Part shown: one piece after another, positions 25,496-29,347 of the stretch
Layout: the number at the start of each line of letters is the position of its first letter
Position numbering within the stretch: the stretch's first letter is position 1
Virus record (IMG/VR): IMGVR_UViG_3300047279_000010
Coordinates: 1 to 29,347 of that record
From: a virus
Taxonomy: Duplodnaviria; Caudoviricetes
Length of the DNA stretch: 29,347 nt
Direction: 5' to 3' (one strand)
The notes under the pieces: model-generated
Databases searched by the model: none
Seen by the model: the letters and a program-made list of their open reading frames with translations, nothing else
What the model was told of the DNA's origin: nothing
Position numbers and translations under genes: made by a program

Positions 25496-25858
25496 CTATC
25501 CTTTCGAGTTTGCGAATTCGTACCACATGACGTAGAAGTCTTTGAGGAAATCAAGCCCCTCACCTACCTTTACGCATCGTCCTAGAACAACTTGGAACAC
25601 ATCTCCGACTTCAGTTTGTTCGTTGTCTGTGTTACCTATAATGACTAACACAGTAAATTTAGGAACTTGAGCAAAAGCCTTGAGTAGCAATTGCTGACCA
25701 GTAGCCATTTTTTCGTTAGGCTTCTTCCATTCTCCGATTAGGAAGTGTCCCTTTCTTTCGCAAATCATGTCTATGTTGCTAGGCAAGAAATGCGTATTTT
25801 CGGGAATCAACCCTCGGAAATCACGGAAGTCAGTATGGGTTGCATACTGATTTCTCAT
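25496..25858 (-). CDS. PD-(D/E)XK-fold nuclease-like protein
   Basis: SNID..ERKG.FLIGEWK..GQ..LL. Start probably ATG 25858. Confidence 0.55.
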   Translation of the reverse strand: MRNQYATHTDFRDFRGLIPENTHFLPSNIDMICERKGHFLIGEWKKPNEKMATGQQLLLKAFAQVPKFTVLVIIGNTDNEQTEVGDVFQVVLGRCVKVGEGLDFLKDFYVMWYEFANSKG

Positions 25859-25860
25859 AG

Positions 25861-25920
25861 TGGTGAGGGTACTCATTGCTCGTCCGCAAGCTGGATAAGC
25901 CTTTGCACAACTTTCCCCTC
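25861..25920 (-). ncRNA. Structured intergenic RNA with loop-E (sarcin-ricin) motif
   Basis: GAGGG-GAA ... AGUA-CCCUC closing a long hairpin (UUGU/GCAA, GCAA/UUGC, GCU/AGC), followed by ACCA. Confidence 0.55.
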
Positions 25921-25924
25921 GTAA

Positions 25925-26164
25925 TCAGAACGGCACGTCATCGTCAAACGATGCTTTCTTGGGCTTATTTAAAGAAGCGTCAGCGTTCTTATTCTTGATA
26001 GACAGGGACATAAACTTCTGTCCATCCTTGCTTACTTTAAGCCAAGCAGATAGCCAGAATTCTACCCCATCTACATTTAGGCTGCCTTTGTAATCAGGAA
26101 ACTTGGCATCGTCTTTCCTATCGTTCTTGAACAAACTTCCTCGGTTTGTATTGTCGTATTCCAT
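25925..26164 (-). CDS. Small ssDNA-binding protein (putative, DUF736-like)
   Basis: G.LFKN..K....PDY.G...W.SAW and an SSB-type acidic tail DDDVPF. Adjacent to ERF. Confidence 0.75.
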   Translation of the reverse strand: MEYDNTNRGSLFKNDRKDDAKFPDYKGSLNVDGVEFWLSAWLKVSKDGQKFMSLSIKNKNADASLNKPKKASFDDDVPF

Positions 26165-26165
26165 A

Positions 26166-26768
26166 TTAACCTTTCGCTTTCTTAATTGCGCTTCTTACAT
26201 TACTTGGCATCAAGCCCCATAAAGCTACCTTCTGGTCAGCCTCTAGGTTCTCTTGTTCCAACCTTACCCAAGCTGCCTTGGGGTCTTTCTCACAAGTAGC
26301 AATCAATTCAACTGCTAACTCGTCAAGATACTTTAGTATTTCAATAGGTAACTCATCTCGGATACCTTGTGCTGGCGTAATAATTACGGCTTCTTTGATA
26401 GGCGCAGAGGAATCCAGAGCGTCATGCTCAACAATCTCCATAGCTGTAACCCATAGGTATCTTCTTGTGTACGTTTCTACAGCCCCTAGGTTTTGAATTG
26501 GATGGCAACCCTTTAGGTTAGCTTCTGCCATAGGCGATGTTATAACAATGCTAGTGTTATCGTCCGTATCTGTGATAGTAAGACTTGCTATCTCTGTATC
26601 GTAGGACACTACACCACACAAACCAACTTCATTAAAAATTTGGTTAATCGTGGGGATAAAGTCACCAAGTTCAAAGTAACTGTAGCCAGCAAACTTGTTG
26701 TGACCAGACTTCTTGAGTGGTGCGTTTTGCAACATGATTCGTGCTGCCATTAACTTCTTGTGTACCAT
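26166..26768 (-). CDS. erf: ERF-family single-strand annealing recombinase
   Basis: KSGHNKF..YSY..L.D and GAVETYTRRY....D.D signature. Confidence 0.88.
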   Translation of the reverse strand: MVHKKLMAARIMLQNAPLKKSGHNKFAGYSYFELGDFIPTINQIFNEVGLCGVVSYDTEIASLTITDTDDNTSIVITSPMAEANLKGCHPIQNLGAVETYTRRYLWVTAMEIVEHDALDSSAPIKEAVIITPAQGIRDELPIEILKYLDELAVELIATCEKDPKAAWVRLEQENLEADQKVALWGLMPSNVRSAIKKAKG

Positions 26769-26769
26769 T

Positions 26770-26946
26770 TTATTTTCCTTTGCTTAAATATTCTTCAATC
26801 ATTGCTTCTTTGTCATCATCGTATAAATCCTCGAAAGGTACGAAGTGGTTTTCTCCACAGCATGAGCCAGATGTTTTAGGCTCAGTACAGTAGCAGCAGT
26901 AGTCACCATGCGATAAATCTTTGATTGCGTCTTGTCTTGTAATCAT
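26770..26946 (-). CDS. Small Cys-rich (Zn-binding) protein
   Basis: Start reassigned to the ATGA overlap at 26946. YCCYC......SCCGENHF. Confidence 0.75.
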   Translation of the reverse strand: MITRQDAIKDLSHGDYCCYCTEPKTSGSCCGENHFVPFEDLYDDDKEAMIEEYLSKGK

Positions 26947-27098
26947 TGGATTCTTTCGATAGGCTTTGCTACAAGCCACTTGTCACCCAACTGGCGTACT
27001 GAGCGCACCCATTGCTTTTGATAACTTCTGATGACCTCTGGAGGGGCATCGTAGGTGCGGAACATCTTACGGACATGGGTTAGGTAGTGTGTGTTCAT
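26943..27098 (-). CDS. 51-aa hypothetical protein, not in ORF track
   Basis: MNTHYLTHVRKMFRTYDAPPEVIRSYQKQWVRSVRQLGDKWLVAKPIERIQ. ATGA overlaps at both ends. Confidence 0.75.
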   Translation of the reverse strand: MNTHYLTHVRKMFRTYDAPPEVIRSYQKQWVRSVRQLGDKWLVAKPIERIQ

Positions 27099-27307
27099 GC
27101 TGCTCTTGCTTTCAGCATTGCATCTGCCAATTTGTATGATTCTTTGGCTAACGCATCTTCTGGCATACCTCGCCAGTTTGCGTTTTCAACCAATCCTTGC
27201 ATAGCTTTAGCCGCAAAGTAATCACGCAAGGTCATGCCTTCTTGTGGCTTGTGCATCCCATTTTGATGCGCTTCTGATGCTGGTCTTGGAAAAGCTGGTA
27301 TGTTCAT
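27095..27307 (-). CDS. Small phage protein of the PAFP...GMTLRDYFAAKAMQ family
   Basis: Motif, plus AD.MLKAR end. Start reassigned to the TAATG overlap at 27307. Confidence 0.85.
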   Translation of the reverse strand: MNIPAFPRPASEAHQNGMHKPQEGMTLRDYFAAKAMQGLVENANWRGMPEDALAKESYKLADAMLKARAA

Positions 27308-27399
27308 TAGCCTCTCCAAGCCAGTAGTACACCGATGCCGCCAAAGATAACGATGGCTAACACATACTCAACTAGCGTCTGAATAATCTTACTTTTCAT
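27307..27399 (-). CDS. 30-aa membrane peptide, first gene of the leftward operon, not in ORF track
   Basis: MKSKIIQTLVEYVLAIVIFGGIGVLLAWRG. AAGGA RBS. Confidence 0.7.
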   Translation of the reverse strand: MKSKIIQTLVEYVLAIVIFGGIGVLLAWRG

Positions 27400-27449
27400 C
27401 TTGATTTCCTTAAAAATACCCACTTACGTTTTGTTGTGGGCTGAGTGCA

Positions 27450-27478
27450 AGTATAGCAAAGAAAAACACTTTGTTTAA
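27450..27478 (-). promoter_or_regulatory. Leftward early promoter (PL-like)
   Basis: Minus strand TGC-TATACT extended -10. The palindrome AAACA-CTT-TGTTT (27464-27476) overlaps its -35 region. A CCCAC/GTGGG leader hairpin follows. Confidence 0.65.
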
Positions 27479-27495
27479 AATATTTTCACAAATAG

Positions 27496-27524
27496 TTTAC
27501 TTTTATGAATTCTGTTGTTATGAT
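27496..27524 (+). promoter_or_regulatory. Rightward early promoter (PR-like), leaderless
   Basis: TTTACT-17 nt-TATGAT with a TG extension. ATG 27531 is 7 nt downstream. Confidence 0.7.
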
Positions 27525-27530
27525 GCAACC

Positions 27531-27716
27531 ATGACTAAACAAGACCAAATCCAATTTGACCAAGAACTTATACAGGCTCTAGGTGGTACTTCTTATCTTT
27601 CTAAGAAGCTACAAATCTCTAAGCAAAGAGTGCATAACTGGATGACCAGAGGCATCCCTGCGTCAATCAAGTTAACTTACCCAAAACTTTTTTTGAACAA
27701 AAGGATTAAGAAATGA
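27531..27716 (+). CDS. Cro-like HTH regulator
   Basis: LIQALGG...LSKKLQISKQRVHNW..RGIP. Start reassigned to 27531. Confidence 0.8.
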   Translation: MTKQDQIQFDQELIQALGGTSYLSKKLQISKQRVHNWMTRGIPASIKLTYPKLFLNKRIKK

Positions 27717-28027
27717 GTAAATTGTGCGCTGATTGCAATCAGGAAATTACTGGCAGAGAGCCAAGTGCTAGGTTTTGTTGGATATGTTCTAATTTAAGAC
27801 CTAGAAAGAATGGGCAAGCACAAGCTGCGGCAGCAGTTAACAAGGCGGTAAGAAATGGTATTCTTGTGCCTGTAGCTACACTAACTTGTGTAGATTGTGG
27901 AAAACCTGCTCAATGCTATGAACACAGAGACTACAACAAACCACTAGAAGTTGAGCCTACTTGCAAGGGTTGTAATATCCGCAGAGGCCCAGCTATTCCA
28001 TTAAAGAAAGAAGAAGTTACAGAATGA
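27713..28027 (+). CDS. Zn-finger / degenerate HNH-like protein
   Basis: CxxC..CxxC N-terminus, then CVDCG...EHRDYNKPLEVEPTCKGCN. Confidence 0.65.
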   Translation: MSKLCADCNQEITGREPSARFCWICSNLRPRKNGQAQAAAAVNKAVRNGILVPVATLTCVDCGKPAQCYEHRDYNKPLEVEPTCKGCNIRRGPAIPLKKEEVTE

Positions 28028-28392
28028 CACAAGAAGCAGTTATCAGAGCATTACAAAACGGCCCACTTACATCCTACCAACTAGAAGACTTGACAGGCAT
28101 ACCAAGGCTGTCCATTGCTGCTTGTTGCACAAAGATGCGCTACAAGAAGAAACTAACAATTGCAAAAGTTAAGATGGGGCGGTCATGGGTTTCTCAGTAC
28201 ACCTTAGAGCCACACATGATTGAATCCACAAAAGCCGCCAATGATGAGCCTTACAACAAGCTAAATCCTTTTGACGTTAGAAACGCTCAAGGTATTTTTA
28301 GCAAAGCTGAGTATGCGGTAATGAACTCGCAAGCCAAAAGACTGCTTGGCAAATCTTTTTCACAAGATATTACAAACAATCAGTTTATCTAG
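28024..28392 (+). CDS. Winged-HTH protein (putative)
   Basis: VIRALQNGPLTSYQLEDLTGI helix pattern with a wing ending in Y.L. Confidence 0.65.
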   Translation: MTQEAVIRALQNGPLTSYQLEDLTGIPRLSIAACCTKMRYKKKLTIAKVKMGRSWVSQYTLEPHMIESTKAANDEPYNKLNPFDVRNAQGIFSKAEYAVMNSQAKRLLGKSFSQDITNNQFI

Positions 28393-28499
28393 TATAATTT
28401 TTTGAAACACGGCTAAGTACGAAGTCATGAGCGTACTGAAAAGAGTTAACCCTTCTCCTGCCGCAGTTTCTTTCAAAGGGTGTTTAAAAAGCGGCAATC
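28393..28499 (+). promoter_or_regulatory. TATAAT element and structured leader RNA of the replication gene
   Basis: TATAAT 28393-28398; stems GAAAC/GTTTC, CGGC/GCCG, AGTACG/CGTACT and GAG/CTC. Confidence 0.6.
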
Positions 28500-29264
28500 A
28501 TGCACTATTACCAGTTCCACATTGGTGACTATAAAAGTCACACGCACCATCTTTCTTTAATGGAGGATTTGGCTTACAGGCGGTTACTAGACTTCTACTT
28601 TCTGCATGAGCAACCCATAAAACACAGGGATATTGCTCGTCAGATAGGTATGCGTGAGCATGAAGAAGACGTAATGACTGTCCTCAATGAGTTCTTTATT
28701 TCCACAGCAGATGGCTTTGTTTCTCCTCGTGCAGACAAGGAAATTAAGCAATATAAAGAGTTTTCAGAAGCTGGAAAGCGTGGGGCTGCTAAGAGGTGGT
28801 CAACACCCCCAAATGGGGAGGCTATTAGCCCCCCTAATGCTACCCCAATAGCAACCATTAACCAAGAACCAATAACCACTAACCATAAACCAAAGAAAGA
28901 TAGCGCAACTAGCGTTGCTTGTCCTCCAGATGTTTCACAGCAAATTTGGGATGATTGGGTAGCTTTGCGTAAAAGCAAAAAAGCACCGATTACACAAACT
29001 GTTTTTGATGGTGCTTTAGCCGAAGCTAACAAACTTGGTTGGACATTAGAAAAGTTTTTAGCTGAGTGGTGTACTCGTGGAAGTCAAGGATTGAAAGCTG
29101 AATGGATTGTTAAACAAAACCCTGCCGACAGAGTAAGGCTCACAGTTGCGCCATCAAATGAGCCTGACCCTGCACTTGAGAAAATTAAAGCTGATGCGAA
29201 AAAGGCTGCACCATTGCCAGACCATATTCGTCAGATTATGCAAAACATGAAAGGCAGGTCATGA
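28500..29264 (+). CDS. Replication initiator, YdaU/DUF1376-like
   Basis: MHYYQFHIGDY..T.HLS..E..AYRRLLD.Y, GKRGA.KRW, and a C-terminal W.DW...RK..W.G domain. Confidence 0.88.
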   Translation: MHYYQFHIGDYKSHTHHLSLMEDLAYRRLLDFYFLHEQPIKHRDIARQIGMREHEEDVMTVLNEFFISTADGFVSPRADKEIKQYKEFSEAGKRGAAKRWSTPPNGEAISPPNATPIATINQEPITTNHKPKKDSATSVACPPDVSQQIWDDWVALRKSKKAPITQTVFDGALAEANKLGWTLEKFLAEWCTRGSQGLKAEWIVKQNPADRVRLTVAPSNEPDPALEKIKADAKKAAPLPDHIRQIMQNMKGRS

Positions 29265-29347
29265 ATGAGTTGGCATTATTTGCGGGGGGGGGGGGAGGAA
29301 TCCTTGCGGGACATTTGCTCGGATGGAGAACTGTGTGTGCCGTTGAA
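29261..29347 (+). CDS. DNA (cytosine-5) methyltransferase, 3'-truncated by the window
   Basis: MNELALFAGGGGGILAGHLLGWRTVCAVE, matching motif I FxGxGG and motif II AVE. ATGA coupling. Confidence 0.85.
   Translation, partial: MNELALFAGGGGGILAGHLLGWRTVCAVE
29284..29295 (+). repeat. G12 homopolymer
   Basis: 12 consecutive G, in frame within methyltransferase motif I. Confidence 0.9.

Noticed and set aside
25861-25920. tRNA, suggested by the terminal ACCA
   Set aside because: Only 60 nt, with no T-loop or cloverleaf.
25900-25930. CTGATTA...GAAA on the minus strand resembling a hammerhead core
   Set aside because: The core should be CUGAnGA, and the required stems are missing.

Overview
Most of a tailed dsDNA bacteriophage genome (Caudoviricetes). 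The virion module is podovirus-type/P22-like and the early region is lambdoid in layout. The host is probably a Gram-negative, possibly freshwater betaproteobacterium (inference only). + strand, 1-24.9 kb: a cluster of tiny Lys-rich genes, terminase small and large subunits, portal, two unusual extra genes, scaffold, major capsid protein, adaptor, tail and stabilisation proteins, three putative ejection proteins, tail fibre, a long run of small membrane genes ending in holin and lysozyme, a HExxH protein, an HTH-metallophosphoesterase and an HNH-AP2 endonuclease. - strand, 24.9-27.4 kb: an early leftward operon (ERF recombinase, SSB-like, PD-(D/E)XK-like, MazG-like, acidic peptide). + strand, 27.5 kb to end: Cro-like regulator, HNH-like and wHTH proteins, YdaU/DUF1376-type replication initiator and the start of a C5 DNA methyltransferase. 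I saw no integrase, cI, tRNA or CRISPR. Most notable observations: (1) the HNH gene sits inside a host gene whose 3' end is restored by a synonymously recoded copy; (2) a G12 tract lies in methyltransferase motif I; (3) GATC, CCGG and CCNGG appear to be absent, and with them Pro-Gly in the proteome; (4) several structured intergenic RNAs; (5) a 24-residue motif is shared by two tail proteins. All family calls come from motif recognition by eye, not database searches.
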